Assembly (NCBI GenBank): GCA_039545335.1 | Contig: BCIN01000002.1 | Location: 1,253,118-1,317,117 of the forward strand | DNA length: 64,000 bases | Direction of reading: 5' to 3' | From: Kondoa subrosea | Taxonomy: Eukaryota | Shown: one piece after another, positions 37,327-50,097 of the stretch | How the letters are laid out: each line of letters opens with the position of its first letter | Numbering within the stretch: position 1 is the first letter of the stretch | Position numbers and translations under genes: made by a program | Notes under the pieces: model-generated | The model's input: only the letters and a program-made list of their open reading frames with translations | Databases searched by the model: none | What the model was told of the DNA's origin: nothing

Positions 37327-39498
37327 TTACTTCTGTTGCGACCAGCGGGGTCTGACTAGGGTTCCGCAGGCTGTAGGCAGGGAAGATGTCCATTCTAGAA
37401 GACTTTGGTTGGCGGCTGGACCTGTTGCTATTCCTGCGTCGATCAGATCAGCTACAGACATTGTCGGTCGAATTCTAAGCTATGTGGCAGAAGCACGCAC
37501 TCAGAGACCATCCTTGCATACCAGTGACCCTATCGAAAAGGTTATATACTGCCCATTTCCATTCGGATCGATTGCATACCTATTTGCCCAGAAAACCTGG
37601 CCACCTGAATTCGAGAAGGCCGAGATCTGCGAGAGCTCCCTCATTTACGGCTACGACATGCAAGGATATCTCCTACCTGCTGTGTCCAAGCTACCGTACT
37701 GTTCATTGTGCCGGGCTAGCATGGCGTGAGACATAATCAAGGTTCTCCGATAAGCTCACAATCGTCCCTGTGCAACGTAAATCAATCATATAGAGAGTAT
37801 TCTATAGAAGACTAACACTCTGTCACTGCCACGGGAACCTAGCAATTACGTAAGCTAAGGGATTCGAGAGCAGATTTACAGACTCACAGGGTAGTTGCAT
37901 AGTTCTTGGCATCTGAGCAGATTGCTTCTATAATCCCTTGCTCGTCCTAGCAAATTATATGAGGGTTCGTCCATACGGCGTTGCTGAAAGATACCGTCTG
38001 GCCATCGAAAGTTCCGCTATAAGGATGGTCCTCAGCTACGCAACGCAAAGATAAGCAGAGTGCTATATGATGGCGGGCAAGCGGACCAATAACGAATTGA
38101 GGATCCTTGTCTGAGAAGTAACTGATCCATTCCTCAAGGCCAATGAGACCATGATGCATAATGAGGGGTATCCTATAATTCGACTGTGACTTCATCAAAA
38201 TAAGCTGCGGATATGCTGCATAGATACTCACCCTTTCCATCTGCGCTATACTTCGATCATAGTAATCTTGGATGATTGGCTTATATTTCGCTTTATCATA
38301 GTCTACGTGAGGCTCGTCTGCTTGACAGATGAGCTCAAAACAGTGACAGTATTTCGATACTCACTGACGAGGCCTAAGCCACTGATGAAATCTCGATTTG
38401 GGTTCTGCTCTATCCATTTCAGCGCAACTGAGACCATAGTATCGCTGTACCCTTGTTGATCTGAGTCGTAGAAGCGCATCTCTGTGCGATCAATGATCCG
38501 ACCCGACTCTTGTCCAGCACCTGTGTCCCATACTTAGATAGCGCAGATCAAGCTAAGCCACTTCACACCTGCTAGTCCCGGAACGGAGTGCAGATCTAGC
38601 ATGACATACATAGATCGTTTCACAGCGTAGCCTGAGCCCACTCTTCAGCTTCATCGCATCCGGAGAATGGGAACTCACCCAAGACTCGATTGACTTCTTC
38701 CAATCGACCGATCTGAGCAGCAAAGGGATCTCCAGGAATAGCAGACATGAAAGCCCAATAGCCCAAAGATATTCGAAGAGTACTGAAACCTATTGAGTGA
38801 CTGTGCGAATGTCAGATGCCAAGCTACCAGATAGGACATCACTCACTACTTCTCTATATCTGCTTCTGTGACCCAATCTTTCCAGTGTTGTTGATGTCTA
38901 TACTATGCGCATCAGATCACTTCCATTGCTGATGCATGGATGATTTACATAGCTTCGGCTTTCGCACCCAAAGTCAGATCGAAATTCCAGTGATCTTGCG
39001 CTTCTGGAGCATTGGCCTCGAAGAGCTCTTCGAACATCCATCTGCTGACTCGGATCAGCGCTTTCCGCCAGTCGAATAGCTTTTATCTCACCTTTCGAGC
39101 ATCAGCCAATTTCCTAGGTTGACCCCATGTACAATCCAGTCTGAACTTGTCCAATTCCACCGTTGAATGGATGGAGAAGAAGAGACAGTCGAACTAATCG
39201 TAGGTGGCGAAGTAGAGGAGGAAGGGTCTATTTGATGATTAGGTCTGTCAAGGTCGGTATTGTCTGATTGTCCTTGTATCAAGGAAGATCCACAGACTTG
39301 TCGCGTACGTCGCCGGTACAGTATGCTACGAGCCCAGCGCGAGAAGCTGGCTCCAGACATCGACGCGAGCAGAAGAAATAGCAGACAGAGTCGAAGTCTC
39401 ATGAAAACAAATGATACAGCAGCGAACGATGGACAGATATAACGGCAAAGAATCCATGCCAGTGGAGCGGGTAATGGAAGCGAAGAGACAGAGTCCAT
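37327..39498 (-). CDS. GH5 exo-beta-1,3-glucanase-like glycoside hydrolase with N-terminal hydrophobic segment
   Basis: VHGVNLGNWLMLERWM, HWKDWVTEADI, LRISLGYWAF, VMLDLHSVPG, LVNE region, EDHPYS, GQVFW..GWSL..DLIDAG; many introns. Confidence 0.85.
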
Positions 39499-40271
39499 GG
39501 ATGCGCGGAGTGTGTAGTATAAACAAAGGGAGAAGGTGCAGTCGTGTGTCCCACCGTTGAACTTACGGGAAGCTACTCACTGCACTTGAGTATCGTCGCT
39601 ATGCCTGAATCGACGATACTTTTTCCCTTTGCCAGCTTCGAAGCCAGATCTTCTAGTTAAAAACAGTCAGAAACAGGTAGGCTGACGTGAAATAACAGCA
39701 TACATTGAAGCAAGAATTTTCCAGAGCGATGATGAGGGCTCAAGGCATGTAACGGAGATCACTTGCAGGAAACATTTGACGATCACTTGCACGAAAGTTT
39801 AACATTTGACGAACAGCGTCAAACAAACAAGATCCGTAGTTCCAGGAGCCTTCTGCCAAAGCTGACTTCTTTGATTATCAGCGCAGGCATTTGAAGCGTC
39901 TTCTGAGGGCGCGAGTCATGCAGAGACGTTGTCACAAGAGAAAGACAATATTAGCAAATGGCCTTGCTGCTGACTATGCATTCGCCAGGTAGATCAGTCT
40001 GCTGCAAAAGACAGACCACGAAGTCAATCTCATCACACTATTGATATCTCTAAACGTATGATAGCATTGCTCATGAATAAGTGGGCGAAAGCCTCCTGAT
40101 ATTATATTTACACAATGACATCCCGACATCAAATGCCCAAACTGAATTCAATTGAGTGAACCAAGCAAGATGGAGGTAGAAGACGAAGAAGGGAATGCAA
40201 AGAGATTCGATCCAAGCTGGATCATTTTGATTGATGAAGAGTTTTCGTGTAAAGGTGAGAGGGATTGTAGC

Positions 40272-42333
40272 TTAGAAGGTCGTCTTCTTGCCGGCTCCAC
40301 CTCGCGCTCCTCCCCACCCAGAGTCACCTAGCGATTTGAAAATCAGAACGATGAAATCATCTCAAAAGCATCGACCGCAACACACCTCCTCGACCTCTTC
40401 CACCTCCTCGACCACCTCTGTCGCCGCCACGTCCGCCTCGTCCGCCACGACCTCTGTCAGAGAAGCCTAAAGAAAAGAAACAATGGATGAGCGAAATTTC
40501 AACTCTTGTGACACTGGAGATGTACCTCCGCGACCTCGTCCTATGTAGATGAATAAGCTGCTGCTAGACATTGCAGTAAAAGGATAGCTCACCTCCGCCT
40601 CGAGAGCCCCCACGATCGGAGAAACCGCCTCGTCCTATAACTCAGAATGAGCAAAGTACTTGAAGAGAACTGAAGAGATCACTGACCGCCTCGTCCGCCA
40701 CCTCTGGGAGCCGAAGCATCCCGAGGTTGAGAATAGTCAAGTCTGACTGTTCTTCCGTCAATCTCTAAAGATTCTCCCCCAGTTCCAGCAGCAACAGCTT
40801 TCTTTGCAGTCTCCAGGTCAGAGAACTCAACGTAACCGAAACCTTTGGCAGCGCCAGTTTCCCTATCGGTTGGTAATCGGACTGAAGCCACACCACCAAA
40901 AGCGGCGAAAGCTTCCCAAACACTGTCTTCGGTAGAATCGAAAGACAGGTTGCCAACAAAAACGGTTGTCGTAGGTTCACCGATCTGATCGTTGAACTGC
41001 CTTCCCCCGGATGCTCCTTCCTGTTTAGGTGGTCTAGGAGTGGATAGATCGCATCGAACTTCACGTCCGTCAATGGTAGCCCCAGTCATTTGTTCAACAG
41101 CTTTCTTAGCGGTCTCGGCATCGGCAAAGTCAACATATCCAAAGCTAAACACACAATTCAAACATTAGTATGCGAAACTATCGTAGAAAAAACGATAACT
41201 CACCCCTTGGACTTTCCGGTAGCTCTATCAGTAACAACGCGAGCGCTGACTACTTCTCCAACAACTTCAAACTCAGATTTGAGGTAATCATTATCGACAT
41301 TCCATGAAAGACCGCCAACAAAGACGGAAAGAGATTCTTCTCCTCCCGCAGGTTCATCGGTCTTGGTCTTCTTTGCTGCTGGAGCAGGTTCGGCATCAGC
41401 TTTGCGCTTCTTGGATGGTGCTGCTGCAGCTGCAACAGGTTCGGCCATCTTGGTATCTTCGTCAGAATCAGAGTCAGAGTCCTGTTTGAAGAGAAAGTAA
41501 TTAGATCGAAGTCTTTAGAACCGAGAGTGCAACATACGGAGCTCGAGTCGCTTGAAGATTCCTCTTTGGCGGCAGCAGCAGCAGGTGCAGCAGCCTTAGC
41601 AGCGGGCTTAGCCTAGCGAGAGTAATAAGGATCTGACAAAATTGTAAAATGAAATAGTAATCACCTCTTCTTCGTCATCATCGGAGCTATCTTCACTGCT
41701 GCTTGATGCTTCATCTTTAGCGATAGCAGCAACCTTTTCCTTTGTTGCTTTAGGTGCGTCAGCTTTTGCAGCTTGAGCAGGAGCAGATTTGGCTGCAGTA
41801 GCAGCAGCTTCTTCATCAGATTCAGAGCTATCGGAGTCATCGCTTGATTCAGCTACGGCAGCGGCTGGAGCAGCAACGGGTTTCTGAGAAAGAAAAAAGA
41901 GTGACAATCAGTGACAATCTACAATTTGCAACACAAGAATACGAACAGATGCTGGGGTCTCTTCTTCAGAAGAAGAAGACTCACTGCTCTCGGCAGCGGC
42001 TGGGACAGGTGCGGCAGCAGTTTTTCCATTTGATGCTTTGCCATTAGCCTTGACAGCGGCTGCTTTTGGTTTTTCTTCTTCAGATTCAGATGATGACGAT
42101 TCAGATGATGAAGATGATTCAACAGCAGGAGGTGGAGGGGGAGTTGGTTCTTTAGGTGCTTTTTTCGACTTTTTCTCTTTCTTTGACTTCTTGTCTGCTT
42201 TTTTGTCTGCTGCAGGTGTAGGTGCAGCTACAGGAGCAGGTGCAGGTGCAGCGACCTTGGCAGCTTTACCGGCTTTGGCGCCCTTCTTCTTGTCAGAAGA
42301 GGCAGCTTTAGTGTCCTTGACTGATTTTGCCAT
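40272..42333 (-). CDS. NSR1: Nucleolin-like Nsr1/Gar2 (acidic Ser-rich repeats, 2 RRMs, RGG tail)
   Basis: VFVGGLSWNVDND, KSKGFGYVDF, VFVGNLSF, AKGFGYVEF, RGG repeats and terminal GKKTTF. Confidence 0.92.
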
Positions 42334-43042
42334 TATTGAGCTATGTAGGTTGAGAACTGGGTAGAGACGGGTTATAGAGTGTGGGAGAGTGTATTGAAAG
42401 AGGATCTATAAAGATAGAAAACCTCGAAGAGCTTGTGCAGGAAAAAGAGTGAATGAGAAAAAAAAATTGAAAACTCTTCATAGTCTTTGACCAAGGCAAG
42501 CTCAACCATGCAGACACCGCCAGCTTGGTTGTACAGTCGTTCATTGCGATCGCAGGTATCACCTCCTCAGCCTCCGCTTGAGCTGTTCATCTTGCGCCTT
42601 TCCTGAAGCTTCGCATCATGCTTAGTAATCATCATCATCTTCGTTTTACATCCGAGACTCGCTCTACTTCGTCGACTGTGATGCTGTCACATTTTCTCTC
42701 TCCTTTCGTATCAAACAGTCTCCTTGTCTCGAATTTGAAATACTGCGCGGTTGATGTCCAAATTTCCTGATGTCTGAGGACTTATTCTCTATGCCTGATG
42801 ACTCACCCGTCTGATGTCTATGACCTGCATTGTGAGGCCGCTACTCCGATATCGGGAGCGTCATTACAGCGAGATCCCGCTTGGCATCGGTATTGCGTCA
42901 TTCCGTAAGTACATCCCGACGAAATGGTAGCGATAGCGGTATTTGAAGAATGGGATTCACGGCTTCTTATCCCTCTTATTACTGCTCCTAATTCGCTCTC
43001 GTCCGCCTTCATTCCAATTCCACTCCCAACCCAATTTTCAAC

Positions 43043-44213
43043 ATGAACACTTTGATCCCTAGGCAACAGCAGCAAGGGGAATTTGATTCCTCAACCAACA
43101 ACTTCTGTATGTGTTCTCTACCTAGTCAGCGTTCTTTTGCTCATCCTCATATATAAGTCGGGTTCATTCCCAACATTCCTCTTTCCGTCGTATACATCAC
43201 CGTCTTCTCGCTTCTTACTCTTCTACATCTCTTCTTGACTGTTCGCAGTCGCATCTGGTGGGGTCTAGTAGCAGTCGTTGGTGGACTATGCGAAATCGCA
43301 GGTTGGTCGGGAAGATTAGCTGGACATTGGAAACCTGAAGGACTGGCCTGCTACTTGCTACAACAAGTATGCCTTGTTATCGGTCCTGTATTCTTCTCAG
43401 TGAGCTCTTCCTCTCATGATGTTTTTACTGATTAAAGCTAATCACGATTCTGGTAGGCAACTTGCTACGCTTTGATGGGCAAATTGATTCCTCGAGTCGG
43501 CTCACAATGGTCTCGCTTCAAGCCAAAGACTTTCATCACCTTTTTCGTCGTTGTCGATGTTGTATGTCTTATTCTGCAAGGAGCTGGAGGTGCAATGTGT
43601 GGTCAAGCAGGTGCTGGAGGAAGCGAAGAATTGCTCAGTCTGTATTGCTGCTTCTCCGTGTCCCACACTCGTCTCATTGTTCCATTCTTTATCCAGAAAA
43701 CGGTCAATCCATTTACTTGGCTGGTATTTCGGTTCAACTTTTCAATACTGTTCTCTTCGCTGGCTTGACTTGGGATTATTTCCATCAAATGAAGAAAGAT
43801 ACAAATCAATCAGTCAAATCTTTCGGTGGTGCGCCGGTCTTCAAGCTCTATTTGGGTGTCATGATTGTCAACTTCCTTATTGTCTTGCGAAACTGCTTGT
43901 GAGTTCACATACTCTGACCTTCTCAATTTGGTCTAATATGGACCTGTCTATAGCCGTGAAGCGGAGCTCAGCGAAGGGTTTGATGGTAAACTCGCTACTG
44001 TAGAAGTCTACGTAGCTTGCCTCGACGCTCTACCTATGGCTCTCGCTTTCGCTGCCCTTGCGTTCGTCCTGTCTCCGCTCTCTCTTGTTGCATATAGAAT
44101 TGACATACAAAAGTAGTTACTGTCATCCATCATTCACTGTAAACCGAATCACTAACCCTCTCAAATCGGAATCAAGCAGTATTCAAAGTGAAGGCGAAAT
44201 GGCTCAGGTCTGA
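43043..44213 (+). CDS. RTA1-like 7-TM lipid-translocating exporter family protein
   Basis: GGLCEIAGWSGR, QQVCLVIGPVFFSA, SRFKPKTFITFFVVVDVVCLILQGAGG, LAGISVQL, R.AELSEGFDG.L, LDALPM. Confidence 0.9.
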
Positions 44214-44424
44214 TCTTGATAACAGCAAACCAAAATTATGTACAGCTAGAACTGTCTGTGTCTTATATTGTATGATAGTACTCGCATGAAATTATGTAAT
44301 GGTATAATCTTGCACTTGTTACTCTGTTCTGTTCTGCTGCAGCGAATATCCCTTCTGGAACATTTTCCACCTCAGCCGCTGCCACGAAGTACGATAGAAT
44401 AGAAAAGATCTACCGTCTAGAACT

Positions 44425-45106
44425 TCACGAAGGGCTGGGAGACTTGACCAATAGCCATTCTATTGGATTGTAAGTTTTGTAGCGAGTGATGGTGTTTGCT
44501 GAAAACCAGCCGTCGCTCGTGTTTCTGCACTTGAGTAGATAATCGGCTGAAAAGATCCATCGTCCAGCATCAGCTTTGCATGGCCTGTCTTGGGATTCGC
44601 TTACTGAATATTTGTAATCGAGCAGCATTCGATGTAACGGTACCGGTTTCTTAAAGCCTTTCCTGGAGCCCGCTGCCCTGACCTTTACCCGACGATGAGA
44701 ATTAGCACTTGGTTGACCTTCTCTTCGCTTTCTCGCCCGAAGCTGAGAGCATTCGTCCTGCAGGCTGGACACCGTAAACGTTTCAGATTTGAGCAGAGCA
44801 GCTTGTAGCAGTAGCATCAGCTCTATCACAGCCGTGCGCGCATTGAAGCGAGTATCGTAACGACCAGCGACCTTCTCCAGCCATAGGTAGTCGCGCAAAA
44901 GGGGTACTAGTTGAGTTAGAACGAGGGCTTCTTGCTCATGGCCTGTGAGCTGGCGGAACGCAGCGGCAGCGTCTGGCTCGACTACTTGTCTATACATGCA
45001 ATCAGCGCTGAATATTACCACCGTTGACAAAGTAGAAATACCCATTTGAGACTACACTTATTGCCTTCGAGACTATACGCTGGTGATTCCACAGCAGAGC
45101 AGTCAT
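44425..45106 (-). CDS. Hypothetical orphan protein
   Basis: 206-codon ORF with plausible short introns and an upstream ATG at 45106 (MTALLWNH). No family recognised. Confidence 0.45.
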
Positions 45107-45327
45107 TGCATCATTGTGATGAGACAAGAAAAAAAGAAAGTAAAGAAAACTACAGAAGGGCGGCGAGGAATGGAATTCTGAAACTTGCAAAATGATCAGG
45201 GAAGTGCTAGTCAGTAGCTAGTACTACAATTTCGTCATAGTCTGCGGTTGTCAAACATTCTGTCCATGTGGAACAGGAGAGACAAAAGGCATTATGTATA
45301 AATTATGATTATTATTAGGATTATTAA

Positions 45328-46519
45328 TGAGTGCAGACGTAAGGCGTTCTTTAGAGCCAGAAGGCGCCTGTTTCCTTCTAGTTGCAGCCACTCGCAATGA
45401 AAAGCATTTTTGGTTATCAAAAGCCACCGAAAGACATTGCGACATTTTACAGAATCGACGTCGTCTGGGCGGTTATTCTAGCCCAATTTGCTACGTAGGT
45501 GTTGCCACTGTTTTGTATGTGTTCAAGCGAGCTGAAGGACAGAAGTATATTTCGACGAACCTCTCCGGCTCCGCCGCGAGAGATAGGCACTTTGCATCGT
45601 TTAATCTCCGGTACATTTGCAAGAGACGTTAATCTTGGCTCTGTCCTGGCTGGTATAGAGCATGCAGAAACCGGTGTCTATGGTGACCCAGAGGAGAAAG
45701 AGTTCGCCATTGCCAATGCAATCGCGCGACTCGAACCCTTCGTAGATGCGGTCTGGCCACCAACAACAGTGAGACCTCGAGTTACTATAGTAGTAGCAGG
45801 AGGAGTAGCTGAATCTCTTGTCCAGGTCAAACGGGCGGGTCCAGTCCGTCAAGCAGTAAGAGAAAGTTGATCTTGATTGATCGAAGCTCATGCTTCCTCT
45901 GTATATAGAGCAGCGATTTTGTAGTCACAATTCTTCTCCTCTTGTGACACCGCTGATGCCTGTTTTAGGAAGACAGCGGCAGCAGCAACGGCGGCGGATT
46001 TTCGAGGGAAACTTCGCCGAGTGGCGGAGAAAGAGGTGATGGACAGTGGCTTATGGAGTAAATTGAAGCATGAGATCATCTACTTCAGACAGCCCAATGC
46101 TATGATCGTTGCCGAATCAATGACCAAGACGGCGAAGCTAGAGCCAGATGCCAGGCTACATTTAGGTCGAGCTGATGATAGTCCTTCCAAAGCTGGCCGG
46201 CAAAACCTAAGTGATAGTTGCGGAAAAGACCGAGAATCTAGAACTATTATCGAATAAGAGGGTCTTTGTTTTCGTAGCGAGCGGTCCAGCTGTCCAGAAG
46301 AGCTTCAATGAAGGCCCAGCGCGAGATCAAGCGAAAATCCGCAAAATCATCTGGCGATATAGTGACAGCGCAGCAAATAAAGGGCGAATAGATCGAGCTT
46401 TCGCTCCAGAGCTCTCGGTCGCGCCGCTTGTTCAGATAGTCTTCACAACCGCTTCCTTCACAATCTTAATCAATCGTCCTGAGGATGTGCCAGAACAAGC
46501 AGAAGAACCGAAACCGTGA
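45328..46519 (+). CDS. Hypothetical multi-exon orphan protein (3' end uncertain)
   Basis: ATG at 45328 with GTAAGG and GTAGGT donors splices in frame to MSADLQPLAMKSIFGYQKPP...SIFRRTSPAPPREIG, continuing through ORFs 46021 and 46211. Confidence 0.45.
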
Positions 46520-46599
46520 GGAAAGCCCGATCGATTTTGCGTTGCAACAAATGAAACTTGGGCAAACATTGGGCGATGTACTGCTCCTATTGAAGTCAG

Positions 46600-47283
46600 C
46601 TCACGAGCAACAAGGCAGACAGTATAATTCTCTTTACCTTTGCGTGCCGAGACGCACTGTAGCTATCCATCGGAGAAGTTCGATGATGAATGTAAGCCGC
46701 GATATGATATCTTCGTTGATATACAAATTGAAGCGTTCCAAAGCATGCGCTTAGAGATTGGGCGAGTGCATCGACCATTTTGAAAGATTTGGCCACATTT
46801 GTCTACACCATCCTCGACTTTTACACGGTTCGTTAGGACCGTTTAAGCACTGCAATCAGTCCAGACAACCTAGTGCTAGAAGACCACCGGTCCGTTGATT
46901 TGCAATTGCAGCTGGCAGCAAATTGAAGGGAAGTGTAACATCCTCCAGCTTGGGCATTAGAATAGGAAGTCGATGTAGCTTGGGAAGAATTTTGTGTAAG
47001 AGATGGGGAATACTGTACTTCTCGCTTGAATGGCTTATTGCATGTCGGAACTCCCTCAAACTCAGTTTGTGCGGCCATTGCTGCTTCTTTGTATCTTTCA
47101 ATAATGCACAGATGACCAGATCTATGTGATGTTCCTGACGTAGGCGAACCATCCGATACATTGCCCTAATGCAGGCAGAAGGAAGTTGCTTGCACGTGAG
47201 CACAGCAGAAAGAGCGTCTTGCGAGCTGAGAAAGTGACCAGAAATTTCGGCCAACATCTCTTGCGGCAGTGATAGAAGAGTGA
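46600..47283 (-). pseudogene. Degenerate F-box/LRR family B paralog with in-frame stops
   Basis: LLSLPQEMLAEISGHF..AVLTCKQL..AMYRMVRL F-box. After TGA (46856-46858) the same frame reads GWCRQMWPNLSKWSMHSPNL*AHALERF, similar to DWNENGWQVLFRWAKASKTLQRLIVANF. Confidence 0.6.
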
Positions 47284-47497
47284 CTGGTCAAAAGGTCCCC
47301 TCGCCTGCCCTTTGAGCCACATTGTCCGTTGAACCGTGCTACTGTCTCTTGATTTGACTCGGTAACTGATTCGTGTACAGTCGGAATAGCCCTGGTCCCT
47401 GGCACTGCACTGCACTCCTTCTCTCTGATTAGCAGTACCAGTGTACCAGTGTGAGTTGGTCATTCGGGTCAACAGCAACAGATCACGCTTGGTCACG

Positions 47498-48628
47498 ATG
47501 CTCAATCTGGACATCCTGCATGAGATCATGTATCATCTGAGCCGCCCGAATGCTTTCCTTTGCTTCTGGTCAGCAAGCCCTTCTTTAGCGTCGCTGAACT
47601 ACATCTCTATCGCTCTGCCGTCATCAAGCAGCCCAAGACTCTGCAACGACTGGTTTCTGCGCTGATGTGTAATGCAGAAAGATATGCATGGGTGGAGCGC
47701 TTGGACTTGGGCGAATGCTTCGGCTTTGACGAGACCAGCTCGTACGACAACTTCCCTCTGGTCATGCATCTCCTCGAACGCTGTATCAATGTACGATCTC
47801 TGGTATTACCTCAGAACTTGCTGGGAGACTCTCGAGAGCGGCTGGAGCTTTTGTCACATCCGGCAAAGCTCAATTCGTTTAGTCTGATAGGCGAGAGTGG
47901 TAACAATGGCGATTGGAACGAGAACGGATGGCAGGTGCTATTTAGATGGGCCAAAGCTAGCAAGACTCTACAGCGACTGATCGTCGCAAATTTTTGGGAA
48001 GATTTGGTGGAATGTCCATTCGTCTCAGCAAATTTCACCGTACTCATTCTTTACAACGTCAATTTGGAGCTTCACGAACTACACTACATGCTCCAAGCCT
48101 TCCAAGACCGTCTGATGTGTCTTTCGCTCGTGCAAAGCTTTCACACTGGTTTCTTGCCCTTAGCAACGATCGTTGCTGATCATTGTCCAAGTCTGCGACA
48201 TCTTGTACTGGCCCCAATTGCCGGTAGGACGGTCCCTCCTGATACACATCGAACGCATTGGTTCGCGACCTTCACCTGCTTGAAGAGCATCACTCTGAAC
48301 GGGCGCGATGTCTATAATTTACTTCCTCTCGTCTGGCCAGCATCACTAACTCATATGCATTTAGTCAAATGCTCTCCCTTCTTCGAAATGGGCTATCTAA
48401 AAGGAACAGTACATCAAGGATCTGGCCTCAACACACCAGTTTTGGTCCTGTCGTTCGCGAATCCGGTATCTGCAGATTTTAAGGTGCGCACGGATTTGTG
48501 TCACTGTCGAGGTTGAGAGCTGATATATCGCTTTTAGCGTTGGATACCCATTTTCGCGGAGCGGGGTCTTCAATTGAGGTTCGGCAAAGAGATGGGTAAA
48601 GAGGCGCTCACGCTTGACAACACAATTG
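47498..48628 (+). pseudogene. F-box/LRR unit 1 (family B-like) with a frameshift inside the F-box
   Basis: MLNLDILHEIMYHLSRPNAFLC and LLVSKPFFSVAELHLYRSAVI lie in different frames around 47555-47565; a 318-codon LRR ORF follows. Confidence 0.65.
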
Positions 48629-48678
48629 GTATGTTCATACCGTCAATAAATCTTACTGGCTCATAATTTGGTCGTCAG

Positions 48679-49830
48679 GTCTCGCTCGTCTCGCTAAGAA
48701 TGTCTGTGTCGACCTCGTAGCACCTGCCAGAACGGCTACTCACAGACGAGGCATCCTCAGCGAAGATATCTTGCACCTCATTTTCAGCAACCTTCGAGGT
48801 CTTGAATGTTATCCGCTGTTACTGGTGTCAAGATCACTCGCGACGTATGATCCTGCAACATGCATCCCAGTTGTCGAAACTGGTGGAAGACCTTCGTTCA
48901 GATGATACAAGAGGCCGTTGGATCAGGGTATTGGATTTTGGCCAATGTGGAGCAAAGACAGACAGCGACATTACCAATATGCTGCCTGATCTCTTGGAAT
49001 TGCTCAACCATACATGTAATCTGGAAGCTCTCACTATCCCGCAACAAATCTTAGATACCACTCCAGAGCATCATCAGCTCTTCTTTCGGATTGCACGGCA
49101 ATGTGGTCTCACCTGGAATGAAACGAGGTTGGCACATCTTCTTCACTATGGCCTCTTATGCATCTAAATTGCGAAGAATCGTGGTGTCAAATTTTGCAGG
49201 CCACTTGCGCACAAATGACGACTGGCCCAAAATAACTCAGTTGACTCAACTAATTCTGTACAACAATCTAATCACATCACATGAAGTCCATGTCCTACTT
49301 TCTATATTGAATAATCGCCTTCGCCTGTTGTGCATCGTTCTACAACGTGATTCAATTCTTTCTTACATTCACAGTATCGCAGAGCATTGCAAAGCTCTTC
49401 GACATCTCGTTCTGACTTCTAGTGCACCTGTAATTCGTGAAAGAACAACCGAATCTCGGGAATGGATTCACGAGCTGCCACAATTAGAAACCCTGGCTAT
49501 TGATTATTACAGTTTGAGGCATCTATCGTATATGTGGCCAACATCTTTACAGCTCCTACATCTTCTCGAATGCCCTCTTTACCCGAAGGCGTATCTAGCG
49601 AGAGTCGGGATTGCAAGTAGGGAGAACAGGCCGAAATTGGTATTATCGCGGGCGAAATCGAAGGTCTTGGATATCAAGGTCAATTCTGGTCTTTAGCTGT
49701 CTAGCGAATACGTGCTGAAGATCTTTACAGGAAGGGTTGAAAGTATGCGAAACGAAAATGATAGATGTATATGAGATGGAAGGTTTGACTAGATTCTCCA
49801 GGAAACTGAAGGAGTGTCTGAGTGAGTGAA
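48679..49830 (+). pseudogene. F-box/LRR unit 2, tandem paralog with two frameshifts (3' end approximate)
   Basis: ILSEDILHLIFSNLRGLECYPLLLVSRSLA, a shift near 48840 to RRMILQHASQL, and a second shift near 49121 (WNE-a-RGWHIFF). Shares AEHCKALRHLVL/ADHCPSLRHLVL and WPTSL/WPASL with unit 1. Confidence 0.65.
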
Positions 49831-50097
49831 ATGAAGCGATACGCTTTTAGGCTGATCGATAGTGAATAGGTTCATGTGATACTGCTGAACAGCTATATCC
49901 AGAATTTCAGTAGTAATATACATCTGGCACGGATTCCATGCCAATCAAGTGCACAATGGAGCCCATAGGTTTAGAGTATACTGGCGAATACTGGAATCAA
50001 GGTTCAATTGTAACCCTTCTGGACATTCAGCTGGTCCGATTACGTAATCAGACCATGCAATGTAGAATAATGAGCAATAATAACTTCTTTGCCGACG

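Noticed and set aside
37277..37729. 150-aa Cys-containing + strand ORF
   Set aside because: It is antisense to the last exons of the GH5 gene (GQVFW...DLIDAG...QQK*) and starts at TTG; treated as a shadow ORF.
42670..42835. TGATG/CTGA boxes upstream of NSR1 as a C/D snoRNA
   Set aside because: Box spacing is unconvincing and I could not identify a terminal stem or rRNA guide by eye. An Infernal/snoscan run would be needed.
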